From positions 1 to 40,124 of the IMG/VR virus record IMGVR_UViG_3300024262_000007: 40,124 bases of DNA. The stretch is one strand, 5' to 3'. Numbering within the stretch: the stretch's first letter is position 1; every line of letters starts with the position of its first letter. Of this stretch, positions 16,186 to 25,096 are shown piece by piece. The stretch comes from a virus (Duplodnaviria; Caudoviricetes). Under the pieces are notes generated by a model that ran no database searches, was not told the DNA's origin, and saw only the letters and a program-made list of their open reading frames with translations. Made by a program: the position numbers and the translations under genes.

Positions 16186-16677
16186 TTAGAATTTGAACAG
16201 CGCCGGTTGCTCCGCAGATTGCCGGGCCTGCTCCTGCTCTTTTCGCTCGCGCCTGTCAGCGCGGTCATGCTCCTGTCTTATCTGCGTACGGCGATTGAAA
16301 ATCCACCTTTTCAAGTCCAGGAGCCTCCCCATGCGATAGTCGCTGAGAGACTCGACCGCGATATCGGCGGGCATATCGACCTGTTTATGACGCCGGCACA
16401 CCTCGGTGCTGATATATAAGTATATCTCCGACCAGTCGCCGTCCATCGGCGCCTCTAATCCCGCCGTATAGAGATAGGCGCAGGCTTCCGCATCGGTGCC
16501 GGTCATCGGCTCTCCCCGGAGGGACCGGACATTCTCGGTCAATCTCTCCAGGGTAATGGCCTGTTTCAGCCAATCCGGCAAAGTGTCTCCCCATCCCCCA
16601 GGCGAGACAATAATCGGGTCAGTAAAGACACCCGCTATGTCGGAGATGTCCTTCTGCACTTCTGTATTTCGTTTCAT
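16186..16677 (-). CDS. Hypothetical protein
   Basis: 163 aa in co-oriented array. Confidence 0.7.
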   Translation of the reverse strand: MKRNTEVQKDISDIAGVFTDPIIVSPGGWGDTLPDWLKQAITLERLTENVRSLRGEPMTGTDAEACAYLYTAGLEAPMDGDWSEIYLYISTEVCRRHKQVDMPADIAVESLSDYRMGRLLDLKRWIFNRRTQIRQEHDRADRRERKEQEQARQSAEQPALFKF

Positions 16678-16682
16678 TTTAA

Positions 16683-16901
16683 TTACGGTAAAGCCTCCTT
16701 TTTGATATCCGGGTTGAGCACAGCCTTGAGCACCACTTCCCCGGAGTCGGCGTCGACAATCTCGGTTACGCCCTCAGCGATTCCACCGATGAAGTTCATC
16801 CGTATTACCCGCGGCACAGTCAAGAGCGCGTCCTCAGCGTTCACCGCCGACACGGGATACGTGCAGGTCACTTTTACCACATATTTGGGCAAAGAAAGCA
16901 C
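16683..16901 (-). CDS. Hypothetical protein
   Basis: 72 aa, AAGGAGG SD. Confidence 0.6.
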   Translation of the reverse strand: MLSLPKYVVKVTCTYPVSAVNAEDALLTVPRVIRMNFIGGIAEGVTEIVDADSGEVVLKAVLNPDIKKEALP

Positions 16902-16926
16902 CTCCTTTCCGGACCTGATTGGCCCT

Positions 16927-17409
16927 TTAATCCTTGAACTTGGTTATATGCAGGCATGAGTAGTGGCTCTTGAAGTTGTTAACTGGACTTTGCCAGAAGC
17001 CGTTGCGAAAGTCAAGAAGATAGTGCCAGTAACCCTGATACTCTTGGACACGGACAGCTACCAGGTAATCGGTGAATATCCGGACGCAGGCATCCCGCCT
17101 TCCCCGGAGCACAATGACACTGGGGATATACTCACCCGCTTTGGTGCCGGAAGGGAAGTTCTCCACCTGTAGCCTCTGGATTTTCAGGTTGTCTAACCAG
17201 TAATGGTCGCCGCCGGCGTTGTAGGAGCCGATGAAAATATCCTTACCCTCGAGGTCTGCAAGAATATCCTTCAGCTGGGCGATTGCCTCTCTCCGTTGCT
17301 TCCGGATTGGGACAAGGGCTTCCCTCTTACCAAGGCGTACCGTTGTTCGTGGTTCTGGCTTCTCTACCTCGACCTTCGCCTCTTCAAAAAGGCCGAGCTG
17401 CGTGGTCAT
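16927..17409 (-). CDS. Hypothetical protein
   Basis: 160 aa, AAGGAGGT SD; N-terminal QLGLF resembles a beta-clamp-binding motif. Confidence 0.7.
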   Translation of the reverse strand: MTTQLGLFEEAKVEVEKPEPRTTVRLGKREALVPIRKQRREAIAQLKDILADLEGKDIFIGSYNAGGDHYWLDNLKIQRLQVENFPSGTKAGEYIPSVIVLRGRRDACVRIFTDYLVAVRVQEYQGYWHYLLDFRNGFWQSPVNNFKSHYSCLHITKFKD

Positions 17410-17451
17410 AATACCACCTCCTTTCTTACTTGAATTTTGATACCGGCAGGG

Positions 17452-17772
17452 CTACATGAGGGACTGCTGCTCGCCCTGCTTTTGCTTTACCTGGTCTGAC
17501 TTGAGGGCGGCACTGGGGATGTTATCTCGGACATGCGCGATGCAGGACCGGAAGTGTCCGACCGGTTCTCGCTGGCTGCCGCCGATAGCATTGTCAATTT
17601 CGCCGATAATACGGTGGAAGCCTTCGCTGATATACTGGGGGATGCCGTCTATTTTCAGGGCTTCCCTGGCGACGTTACGAGCGCACTCCAAAGGTTCGAC
17701 GGCATGGTTAAGAAAGTCCTCGACCATGTCCGCCGCCTCGGTCACTTTCAAGGTATTCCATTTTATAGGCAC
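17452..17772 (-). CDS. Hypothetical protein
   Basis: GTG start after AAGGAGGTG. Confidence 0.65.
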   Translation of the reverse strand: MPIKWNTLKVTEAADMVEDFLNHAVEPLECARNVAREALKIDGIPQYISEGFHRIIGEIDNAIGGSQREPVGHFRSCIAHVRDNIPSAALKSDQVKQKQGEQQSLM

Positions 17773-17871
17773 AATATCACCTCCTTTCAAGGCATAGTAG
17801 CCCTGTAGATTTAAGCGTTAGCCCGCTCATCACCGGACACCAACCTGGAGATGGTGTCCGGTATCAATGGG

Positions 17872-18153
17872 CTAATACTCGTCGGGGAATAGAATGGTAG
17901 TCGCTGACCTGTCGGCTTCCGTGATTATCCAGATTTTGGGCAAGTCCTCGGACTCATAGGCTGATAGAAGCCGGAAGCCCTCTTTTAGGCTAAGTTCGTT
18001 CTCCTGCTTGTCCTCATCGGATAGGTTTCCCCAGTCCCCCCGCCGGTGGCGGGTGAGGCTGCTCATGACGAACTTGGCGAAAGCCTCATTCTCGGCAATC
18101 TGGTCATTGACTCCCCTGGTCATAACCAGTCGCCCCATGTTAAAACTAATCAA
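17872..18153 (-). CDS. Conserved plasmid/phage protein (GDWG...IWIITEADRS.TTILFPDEY family)
   Basis: Characteristic motifs of a widespread MGE small-protein family. Confidence 0.75.
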   Translation of the reverse strand: MISFNMGRLVMTRGVNDQIAENEAFAKFVMSSLTRHRRGDWGNLSDEDKQENELSLKEGFRLLSAYESEDLPKIWIITEADRSATTILFPDEY

Positions 18154-18173
18154 ATTCCTCTCCTTTCTGCCAC

Positions 18174-18217
18174 AAAAAAGGGGGTAAGCTCCCGCATCGG
18201 GGAGCATAACCCCCTTT
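18174..18217 (-). terminator. Intrinsic terminator after second clamp gene
   Basis: AAAGGGGG/CCCCCTTT and GCTCCC/GGGAGC stems, U-run on - strand. Confidence 0.7.
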
Positions 18218-18241
18218 AAAAAACAAAAAAGCTTGATTTTA

Positions 18242-19492
18242 TTATACGGCTACTGGTTGCCTTGCCGTGCGCTTCCGCTTCGACTTGCCGTTGCTTCCCG
18301 CTTCGGTTGCCTCTATAGGCTCGGCTTCCGTTTCGGCTGCTTCGGCTGCTTCCGCTTCCGCTTCTGGCTCGGCTTCCGGCTCTGGCTCGGTTGCTTCCGC
18401 TTCCGGCTCGGCTTCGGTGTTCGGCTTGTCGCTGGTCATCATCGGCATGGTTACAAGCTGGTAACCGTCAACCGTAAACAGGACTGGCGACTTGCTATCG
18501 GTGAGCTTGAGGTCAACCATACCGCTACAGGCTCTCAAGGCGTCTGCCAGATACTTACCGTCAATCCTCACCCTGTTTGACTCACCATCAATGTCGGCTG
18601 GTATAACCGCTTGCCCTTTATCATCGGGGCTAGACAGTATCACCATGCCGTCACTCGTGATGAGGTCTATCGGGTATGAGTTGCTATCGGCTAGCACCTT
18701 AAGCGAACTTACCGCTTTGACTGCCTCAACGGTGTCAAAGTGTATAGCGGTTTTTACCTCGGTAGGAATTAGCTTCTCATAATCGGGGAAAATGCCATCG
18801 GCACTAACAAAGCTATACCGAATTGCTTCGGTATCAATGAGAAGTTTTACTCCGTCAAGGCTCTCACCGCTTGCCTCAAAGCTCAGGTTGACACGGCGTG
18901 CTTTCCGCAAGGCGTTGGCTATCCCCCACAGGTCATCACGCATAATCAGGGCTTGCCCTTCACCGTCAAAGTCTATAGTCTGGACTGCCAGCCGGAAGCC
19001 GTCAGCACTAATGATGTTTAGCTTTCCTTCACCGGCTTTGAAGAGGATACATTGTAGAACTGGTCGGTTATCCTCTTTAGCGGTAAAGGGTAGCGTTCTG
19101 TCTAGTGCCTCGGCAAGCTCAACATTCCCGATGTTTGGCTTGACGGTATTGTTAGGACTAACTCTAACCTCGGCGTGGGACATAGGGGTATTTTCACCAA
19201 TCCAAGCCATGTCCTCAAGGTAACTGGTATTGCTACCGCAAATTACTTTCAGGCGTTTTCCGATGCCATGCGTCTCGCTATCTGCACCGTTCGCCGGAAC
19301 TATCTTGACTACGTTGCTTCCGGCGATTGCCTTTAAGTAACCGAGTAAGCCTTTACGCCCAACAGTGAAGTCCAGCAGCATGAGCCTATCGGCTAATACT
19401 CTGGATAAGGCGTTTACCAGTGTAGCTCTATGAGCTACAAAGCCGTTACCTGAACGCTTGCCCACAATATTCAGTTTTTCCAGTTTATTCAC
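18242..19492 (-). CDS. Second, divergent beta-clamp-like protein with acidic repeat tail
   Basis: DNRPVLQCI, SADGFRLA, FPDYEKLIP, IDGKYL, VTMPM; unrecognisable N-terminus; (EAEP)n tail. Confidence 0.85.
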   Translation of the reverse strand: MNKLEKLNIVGKRSGNGFVAHRATLVNALSRVLADRLMLLDFTVGRKGLLGYLKAIAGSNVVKIVPANGADSETHGIGKRLKVICGSNTSYLEDMAWIGENTPMSHAEVRVSPNNTVKPNIGNVELAEALDRTLPFTAKEDNRPVLQCILFKAGEGKLNIISADGFRLAVQTIDFDGEGQALIMRDDLWGIANALRKARRVNLSFEASGESLDGVKLLIDTEAIRYSFVSADGIFPDYEKLIPTEVKTAIHFDTVEAVKAVSSLKVLADSNSYPIDLITSDGMVILSSPDDKGQAVIPADIDGESNRVRIDGKYLADALRACSGMVDLKLTDSKSPVLFTVDGYQLVTMPMMTSDKPNTEAEPEAEATEPEPEAEPEAEAEAAEAAETEAEPIEATEAGSNGKSKRKRTARQPVAV

Positions 19493-19621
19493 CCCTTTTG
19501 GCTATCTGGCTAGTGGGCTACTGCCAGCTTCACCTAATAGTAAACTACCGTCTAGCTGAGATACTCTAGCCTAAACGGAGCTTCCATTATCTATACTGTA
19601 AAACAGGGGCGTTTTGGGACA

Positions 19622-20389
19622 TTAAAACAGGGCTTTTTTATCAGCTTGCCTAAATCGGTAAAGATACTTCCGGTCAGTCTCGGAAAGAGTCCCGCCGTCT
19701 CGCTTTTTACAGGCTATCTCAACAAGCCTCGGCGGTAATGCCAGGGTTAGCATTTTGAGGTCATACCATCGCTCTGGCATATCGTGTATATCATCGCTGG
19801 CTACGGTGTCCAGAAGCCTCACCCTGTAGCCTTCAGGGTCGATAATCTCACCGTCAAGCCGTTCAACTGGTCTTACTGCCAGCCACGCACACCGTTTACT
19901 TTCGGTATGACTGGCACAGGCTCGGCAGTGCGGTTCTACCGGATAACCGTTGACTATGCAAACTCTCGTAGCATAGCGGTTCTGGTTGCGGAAGTATAGG
20001 GCTATCATTAGACTGGCAATCCGGTAGGCTCTCAGTATCGGCAGGGGCTTGCCGTCTCGGCTCTCGGCTCTCTCAAGCTCCAGCATGGCATCATGTCGCC
20101 AGTCATCCCTATCTTGAGCCGGTATGTGGCTCTCGTATCGGCGTACTACATTATAGTAGCTTGCCCAAGCTCCGGTCAGTCCGGTGTATTCTGGTCTGGT
20201 CTGGTCTGGCTTCCGGCGAGTCCGGCTTCTCATTGAGCGTTTGCGCTTTGATAACAGGTCGCCAACTTCCAGCTTCAAAACTTCGGACTTCCGTTTGGTG
20301 TCAAGGACTGCATTAAATTCAGCTTCGGAAAGTTCGCCATTAGCTTGCTTTAACTTCAACTCGGTCATAGTAATTGCCATCGCCATCAC
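19622..20389 (-). CDS. Hypothetical protein, possibly ECF-sigma-like with Cys insertion
   Basis: DRDDWRHDAMLEL..AYRIA..YFR and LALPPRL..IA patterns; weak. Confidence 0.4.
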   Translation of the reverse strand: MMAMAITMTELKLKQANGELSEAEFNAVLDTKRKSEVLKLEVGDLLSKRKRSMRSRTRRKPDQTRPEYTGLTGAWASYYNVVRRYESHIPAQDRDDWRHDAMLELERAESRDGKPLPILRAYRIASLMIALYFRNQNRYATRVCIVNGYPVEPHCRACASHTESKRCAWLAVRPVERLDGEIIDPEGYRVRLLDTVASDDIHDMPERWYDLKMLTLALPPRLVEIACKKRDGGTLSETDRKYLYRFRQADKKALF

Positions 20390-20462
20390 CTCACTTTTAG
20401 TCTGGCAAGCGTTCAGGTCTAGGCTCGGTCATATTCGGTTGTTAAGGTGCTAACTCAACTAA

Positions 20463-20480
20463 ACAGTATCCTAATACTGT
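20463..20480. repeat. Palindromic site ACAGTA-TCCTAA-TACTGT
   Basis: 12/12 arms; just downstream of leftward promoter. Confidence 0.9.
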
Positions 20481-20499
20481 CGGGTCTAGCTACGAATTA

Positions 20500-20529
20500 A
20501 GACTAGCATAGGCAATACCGGCTTGTCAA
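20500..20529 (-). promoter_or_regulatory. Probable leftward promoter
   Basis: TTGACA-18-TAGTCT with TG extension. Confidence 0.5.
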
Positions 20530-20616
20530 GTCCAGGCGGGAAAATAGTTTGCGGGGCTTGAGTAGGCATAAATCATTCATTATCTTGAATATGGCTATTG
20601 CCAGCGGAAATCCGAT

Positions 20617-20652
20617 TTTGTGGGGAACTTTGTGGGGAACATTGTGGCGTAG
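20617..20652 (+). repeat. Tandem 12-bp direct repeats TTTGTGGGGAAC x2 plus a degenerate third
   Basis: Seen directly in non-coding region. Confidence 0.7.
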
Positions 20653-20820
20653 TCACCGCTCGATACCGGCGGCGCCGGCGTAGGCATCCGGGTATAGGCA
20701 AAGGAAGACGGCACAGTATTGAAGCTAAATAGGGGTGCTAATGCCGGCAGCGGTTAATGCTTACAACCTGGTGGACCGGTTAGAAAGGTTAGAAAGATTA
20801 TCCGCTGCCACGGGAAAGTA

Positions 20821-21750
20821 TCAACGCTTCTTTTGCCAGAGGGGAAGGAAGGGGTGAATTGAGTAAACGACCTTATCGATACCATGAGGGTCAGTGTCAA
20901 GGATCTCGGGGTGGCGGTAAAGGCCGACCATAGCCACGCCGCCAAAAAAGCCACCCATAGACTTCCGGCTCCAGCCAGAATAGTCCGCGATGAGAGCCGG
21001 ATCATAATTGTTCTTCGGCAGGGCACCGGCTATGATCGTGGTTAGCGTGTGGCGAATACCGTGCCAACCCCATCCGTACTGGTGCTCAAGCCCCGCCTTG
21101 ATACATATTCGCTTAAACATTAGGGATAAAGAAGAGGGGTTATGATCCCTTGGCCGGTAATCAGCAAATATCGGTTTGAGAGCCTCAGGAATAAGGTGCT
21201 TTACAACCCTACCATGCTTGGAATGGTGAATGGTAAAAAAAGTGTCGTCGAAGTCCCGTTTCTTGATGCGCGAAAGGTCTTCTCTTCGGACAATAAAGGT
21301 TGTGGCCACAGCCAGGTAGAACCTCTCGGCAGGGGAATACTTCCCCCGGGCTTTTATCATCTGTTCGATCTGCTCGGGTAAAAGAGGGTGGGACTGAGCC
21401 TCGTCTTCAGGGTAAGGGGTATCATCCGCTTCAAAGGGCCAGGGCCAGCCATTGGCAAGCGCCAGTTTCTTGACGTGGAAGAACTCCTTGCGCAGGGTAC
21501 GTTCGCTGATCCCCTCGCGGCGCCGGCGGATAAAGAACTGTCGGAAGTCACTGTCGGTCGGTACCTGTTTATCCTTGAGGACTTTGAGAAAGTTGGAACC
21601 GGTGACCAGGTAACTGGATAATGTACCGGGGGCCCGGAGCCGTGGCGATGAGAGCCGTTCAACCAATCTGTCCAGAGCCGGGTGCAGCTTGGTAGCAATC
21701 TTGTTGGCATTGGCCAACGCCTTTCTTTTGGTCTTAGCACGAGTTGTCAT
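20821..21750 (-). CDS. Tyrosine recombinase (Xer/Cre-like, no arm-binding domain)
   Basis: Catalytic R (VRREDL), K (SKHG), HGIRH, W (SGW), Y (GLYRH); 309 aa. Confidence 0.88.
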   Translation of the reverse strand: MTTRAKTKRKALANANKIATKLHPALDRLVERLSSPRLRAPGTLSSYLVTGSNFLKVLKDKQVPTDSDFRQFFIRRRREGISERTLRKEFFHVKKLALANGWPWPFEADDTPYPEDEAQSHPLLPEQIEQMIKARGKYSPAERFYLAVATTFIVRREDLSRIKKRDFDDTFFTIHHSKHGRVVKHLIPEALKPIFADYRPRDHNPSSLSLMFKRICIKAGLEHQYGWGWHGIRHTLTTIIAGALPKNNYDPALIADYSGWSRKSMGGFFGGVAMVGLYRHPEILDTDPHGIDKVVYSIHPFLPLWQKKR

Positions 21751-22103
21751 TTCTGGGTGCCCTCCCGGGTAGGATTGTTGTCCAGCGCGGTGAAGGGCTT
21801 TTGTAATTGTCGGCCCAGTTCATAGCCGGTGATCAGCATTTCCGTCATAGCGCCCATGGTCATCGCTGCTGGGTCCTGATTATTCTTGGCGGCGACGATC
21901 GCCAGGCCGGACCATGTCTCTATGACAAAAGCCGTTATGGCACGGCGTGTCCTGCCGTCCAGTTCCTCCGGTTGTGGTTCCGGCATGGATTTCAAGGCTC
22001 GGTAAAGTGCCTCGTTCCTGCCTTGGTCGCTTCGTACGTCGGTTGAGGCAACCAGCCTCGCCTTATCCCTGTGAGTAAGAGTGTTGTCAGTCATCGTTCG
22101 CAT
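21747..22103 (-). CDS. Hypothetical protein
   Basis: 118 aa, coupled to recombinase. Confidence 0.65.
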   Translation of the reverse strand: MRTMTDNTLTHRDKARLVASTDVRSDQGRNEALYRALKSMPEPQPEELDGRTRRAITAFVIETWSGLAIVAAKNNQDPAAMTMGAMTEMLITGYELGRQLQKPFTALDNNPTREGTQK

Positions 22104-22115
22104 TCTCCTTTTCGT

Positions 22116-22358
22116 TTACAGTCGTCCCTGCAGCTCGCCTTTTGTCACCTGCAGGCGGAGACCCAGGGCGATACCATTTTTCAAAGCGTTAATTACCACC
22201 TGGTCGGCAGATGATTGTCGCTGGGCGCCCATTTTCATCAGGGCCTCGGTGGCCAGTGAACAGTAGTGCCGGATTATCAAGCTCTCATCCTCCTGGAGGG
22301 AGTCCACCAGGTTCAACCCTTCTTCCTGCCGGCGTTTCATATCATCGAAGTCAATCAT
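22116..22358 (-). CDS. Hypothetical protein
   Basis: 80 aa. Confidence 0.65.
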   Translation of the reverse strand: MIDFDDMKRRQEEGLNLVDSLQEDESLIIRHYCSLATEALMKMGAQRQSSADQVVINALKNGIALGLRLQVTKGELQGRL

Positions 22359-22362
22359 TGGT

Positions 22363-22668
22363 TTAGTGTCTCCGAGGCGGCTGAGGATTCATGCCCATCA
22401 TCCCCATGAGAGCGTCTGTGGGCATGGTCGTCTTTTCCACCCGGGTGCAGCGGTCAAGTCCACACTTGGAGCAGGTATCGTAATGGCGCATGAGAACCTT
22501 GCAAGTGGGCAGGGACACCTTGCTAAAGTCTTGGATCGGGGTAAGCCGTTTCTCGAGGGAAACGAAGGTGCCCTTGGGGATAGATGGCTCATTTTGGCAG
22601 GCCTGCTGGCAAACGGTATCGCTGGAACCGCATTTGGGGCACTTTGGGAACTCGATAGGGAACTCCAT
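22363..22668 (-). CDS. Zinc-ribbon protein
   Basis: CPKCG...CSKCG; AAGGAGG SD. Confidence 0.7.
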   Translation of the reverse strand: MEFPIEFPKCPKCGSSDTVCQQACQNEPSIPKGTFVSLEKRLTPIQDFSKVSLPTCKVLMRHYDTCSKCGLDRCTRVEKTTMPTDALMGMMGMNPQPPRRH

Positions 22669-22701
22669 AAGTATTAACCTCCTTCTTTAGCTACAAACTA
22701 G

Positions 22702-22719
22702 ACAGTAACATTGTACTAT
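22702..22719. repeat. Palindromic site ACAGTA-ACATTG-TACTAT
   Basis: 11/12 arms; overlaps -10 of recombinase-operon promoter. Confidence 0.8.
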
Positions 22720-22761
22720 AGAGCGGGAGGGCTTGTCAATGGCCACTGCAGGTTGTATAAT
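22710..22761. promoter_or_regulatory. Divergent promoter pair
   Basis: - strand TTGACA-18-TACAAT; + strand TTGTCA-17-TATAAT. Confidence 0.7.
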
Positions 22762-22793
22762 TCGGTTAAAGGAGCTTGGGGGATATGGGTTGA

Positions 22794-23378
22794 ATGGATT
22801 GCGAAGCGATTTCAGTCGTAGCAGGGGCTGGTCAGCTCCATCTGTATAGCGAGCTTTTAGCAAATGTGCGCTATGACGGCAAGTACCACTCCGTTAAGGA
22901 GCTGGTGCAGCCGGATGACCCGACAGTGAGAGATATCGCCCGGGTGCTGGTGCAGGCGAAAGACTTCACCAAGGCAGCCCAGGAGTTCGTTGATTCCTTC
23001 ACCACGTACCAGAACGAGGTCGGGGACTACTGGACAACTCCCGCGGAGCTGCTGGCGGCCCAGGCCGGCGATTGTGATGATAAGGCTATCCTCCTTTGCT
23101 CAATCCTGAGAAACTACCTGCCCCCGGACCAGGTCTACTGCGCTTTCGGTCTCTGGGTACTTGATGGGGAAACAACCGGGCATATGTATGTTGTAACCGA
23201 GGGGGAAGACGGCGACGATCGTATCATTGAAGCCACGGCCGGTCCGGAGAGAAAGACCAGGGGGAAATACGTACTTCATGGCATGTTTAATGATAAGTAT
23301 GCCTTTTCAACCGAGATAGGGATACGAGAGTTCGACTTGAAGACTGTTGAAGTTGAAGAATTGACGGTAAGGAGGTAA
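22794..23378 (+). CDS. Transglutaminase-like cysteine protease
   Basis: DYWTTPAE..GDCDDKAILLCSIL, GHMYV, IIEAT (Cys-His-acid triad). Confidence 0.8.
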   Translation: MDCEAISVVAGAGQLHLYSELLANVRYDGKYHSVKELVQPDDPTVRDIARVLVQAKDFTKAAQEFVDSFTTYQNEVGDYWTTPAELLAAQAGDCDDKAILLCSILRNYLPPDQVYCAFGLWVLDGETTGHMYVVTEGEDGDDRIIEATAGPERKTRGKYVLHGMFNDKYAFSTEIGIREFDLKTVEVEELTVRR

Positions 23379-23381
23379 GCG

Positions 23382-23774
23382 ATGGCACCCAAGTCAAGAG
23401 CCAGGCAGGTTAAGCGAGTATTGCGAAATGCCGATGACATCATCCATTTATTCACAGGGAAGCGGTTGAAGAACATCGTGGGAACGGGGATAAATATCTT
23501 TGGGGAAGAGCTGGCCAGAAAAGCGGCCGGCGTATTCACCGGACCGGAAGAGCCGGAGCTGCCGCTCAACAGCCCCTACACCATACTGGGAATACATCCT
23601 GAGGCTATGGATGTGGTGGTGAAAGGAGCCTATCGCGCCCTCGCTCGCGAATACCATCCGGACACTGGTACCAAGCCGGACACTGTCAAGTTCCAGGCGG
23701 CCACGGAAGCCTATAATGCCATACTCGCCGAGCGCCAGCTACGCAAGGATCAGGAATGTGCGGCCAAGAGCTAA
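23382..23774 (+). CDS. J-domain (DnaJ-like) protein
   Basis: PYTILG..KGAYRALAREYHPD..FQ...EAY. Confidence 0.88.
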   Translation: MAPKSRARQVKRVLRNADDIIHLFTGKRLKNIVGTGINIFGEELARKAAGVFTGPEEPELPLNSPYTILGIHPEAMDVVVKGAYRALAREYHPDTGTKPDTVKFQAATEAYNAILAERQLRKDQECAAKS

Positions 23775-24046
23775 GAAAACGCCTGCATGCCGTTGACCCC
23801 AACCTTAATATCGCCCCTGGGGGACATCATTGGAAGTCAAAACAAGGTGCTGATAATTGGGAGAAGGCAGCCGGCATTATTTGCTCGAACTGCGGTCGGG
23901 AAGTTTTCAGATCAAGGGATGGGATTTGTATGCCGTGCTGGGACCAGGTTCACGAGATTGAGGTTCGAGACGGCACCGGAATAACGAACTGGCTGCCGAT
24001 GGATATTATCAATCAGATAACGCACCAGGCCAAGAAGGATGAGTAA
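23756..24046 (+). CDS. Zinc-finger hypothetical protein
   Basis: CSNCG...CMPC. Confidence 0.6.
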   Translation: MCGQELRKRLHAVDPNLNIAPGGHHWKSKQGADNWEKAAGIICSNCGREVFRSRDGICMPCWDQVHEIEVRDGTGITNWLPMDIINQITHQAKKDE

Positions 24047-24081
24047 CCGGGGCCTCAAAAGAATATCAATACGGAGAAACG

Positions 24082-24118
24082 AAAAGGGGAGTGGGTTTTA
24101 ACCGCTCCCCTTCTTTTT
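24082..24118. terminator. Bidirectional terminator
   Basis: AAGGGGAGTGG/CCGCTCCCCTT stem flanked by A and T runs between convergent genes. Confidence 0.75.
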
Positions 24119-24145
24119 GTCGAGTAAATAAAAGCCGACGCGCTT

Positions 24146-24370
24146 TTACCGCAGGCAGGAACGCATGATCGTATTGCGCTCGAGACGGCTGGAGACTCCC
24201 TTGGTCTGGGCGGCGCATTTGGAGAACTTCAGCTTCTGCTCGGGACTGCCGGCTCCAGGAGCGCTAGGCGAGCGCTGGAACACCGTGAGGTGTTTCTTTG
24301 CCGCTACTGCCTGGATTTGACCAACAGGCGGGGCCATCCCCGGGTTAATTCTCTTCCATTTTGCTGGCAT
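24146..24370 (-). CDS. Small basic protein (possible DNA-condensing/core protein)
   Basis: K/R-rich, 74 aa, strong AAGGAGG SD. Confidence 0.55.
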   Translation of the reverse strand: MPAKWKRINPGMAPPVGQIQAVAAKKHLTVFQRSPSAPGAGSPEQKLKFSKCAAQTKGVSSRLERNTIMRSCLR

Positions 24371-24400
24371 TTGGTCATCCCTCCTTATTTAAGATTTTTA

Positions 24401-24703
24401 TTACCCCTCGACCTGGGGTTGTTCATCGGCCTCTGCAGTGGCCGGTAAAACCTCTTCTAGTCCTTCGAAAAAGTCCTTCGAATCGATGTGAGCCACTATC
24501 TTATTCCTGTCCGTCATGATTAGAACGATTGGCGCCAGTGGCAGTTCGTTTGTGATGAACACTTCCTGGAACTCTTCATCCTGGTCTAAATTTACTATCT
24601 TTGCCTCACCATTGTCAAGTTCTCGCCAAAAGTCTTTCTTAAACTTCTTCTCGGCTTCCTCACAAATGGAACAATCATCACTTGAAAGCAAGACAATCTT
24701 CAT
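24401..24703 (-). CDS. Thioredoxin/glutaredoxin-fold protein
   Basis: N-terminal strand then CSIC; LAP cis-Pro-type motif. Confidence 0.7.
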   Translation of the reverse strand: MKIVLLSSDDCSICEEAEKKFKKDFWRELDNGEAKIVNLDQDEEFQEVFITNELPLAPIVLIMTDRNKIVAHIDSKDFFEGLEEVLPATAEADEQPQVEG

Positions 24704-24712
24704 CTCAACTCC

Positions 24713-25096
24713 TTAGTATTTCCCGGTTAGTTTAGTAGCATTAGTTAAGGCTGCATTATCCGCCGACTTCTCATACTTAAGAAATGCTTCTTCTGACTGT
24801 AACTGTTCTATGTACGTCTCAGGGCCTAAGCTTTGCGCTTGAGCCCAGTGTTCCAACTCGTGGGCAATGGCAGATTCAGTCGGCTTATTTCTAAAGTAAA
24901 CGGTGTTAATAGGTATGGTAAAAGCTGCTTTAACACTTGATTTTTTGCTGTCGCGTATATTAAGGTTTTTTTTAAATTGGTGGTCGTCATAGCATAGAAT
25001 TGCAGGGTGAGGCTTATCATTAAGGGCTGTATAAACCTCCTTTATATAGCCCTTAATAACCGGAGTCAGGTTTTCTTCTAAATCATCAAGCCTCAA
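24713..25096 (-). CDS. Zincin-like metallopeptidase domain protein
   Basis: IAHELEHWAQ...YE..A; AT-rich. Confidence 0.65.
   Translation of the reverse strand: MRLDDLEENLTPVIKGYIKEVYTALNDKPHPAILCYDDHQFKKNLNIRDSKKSSVKAAFTIPINTVYFRNKPTESAIAHELEHWAQAQSLGPETYIEQLQSEEAFLKYEKSADNAALTNATKLTGKY

Noticed and set aside
18300-18420. GCTTC(C/G)G-rich repeat as a DNA-level element
   Set aside because: Explained by the EAEP/EAEA coding tail of the second clamp gene.
19501-19600. Additional palindromic sites near 19537-19599, and at 1163, 6737, 11721, 20713, 33994, 36448
   Set aside because: Only one arm or wrong spacing; possibly decayed sites but not counted.
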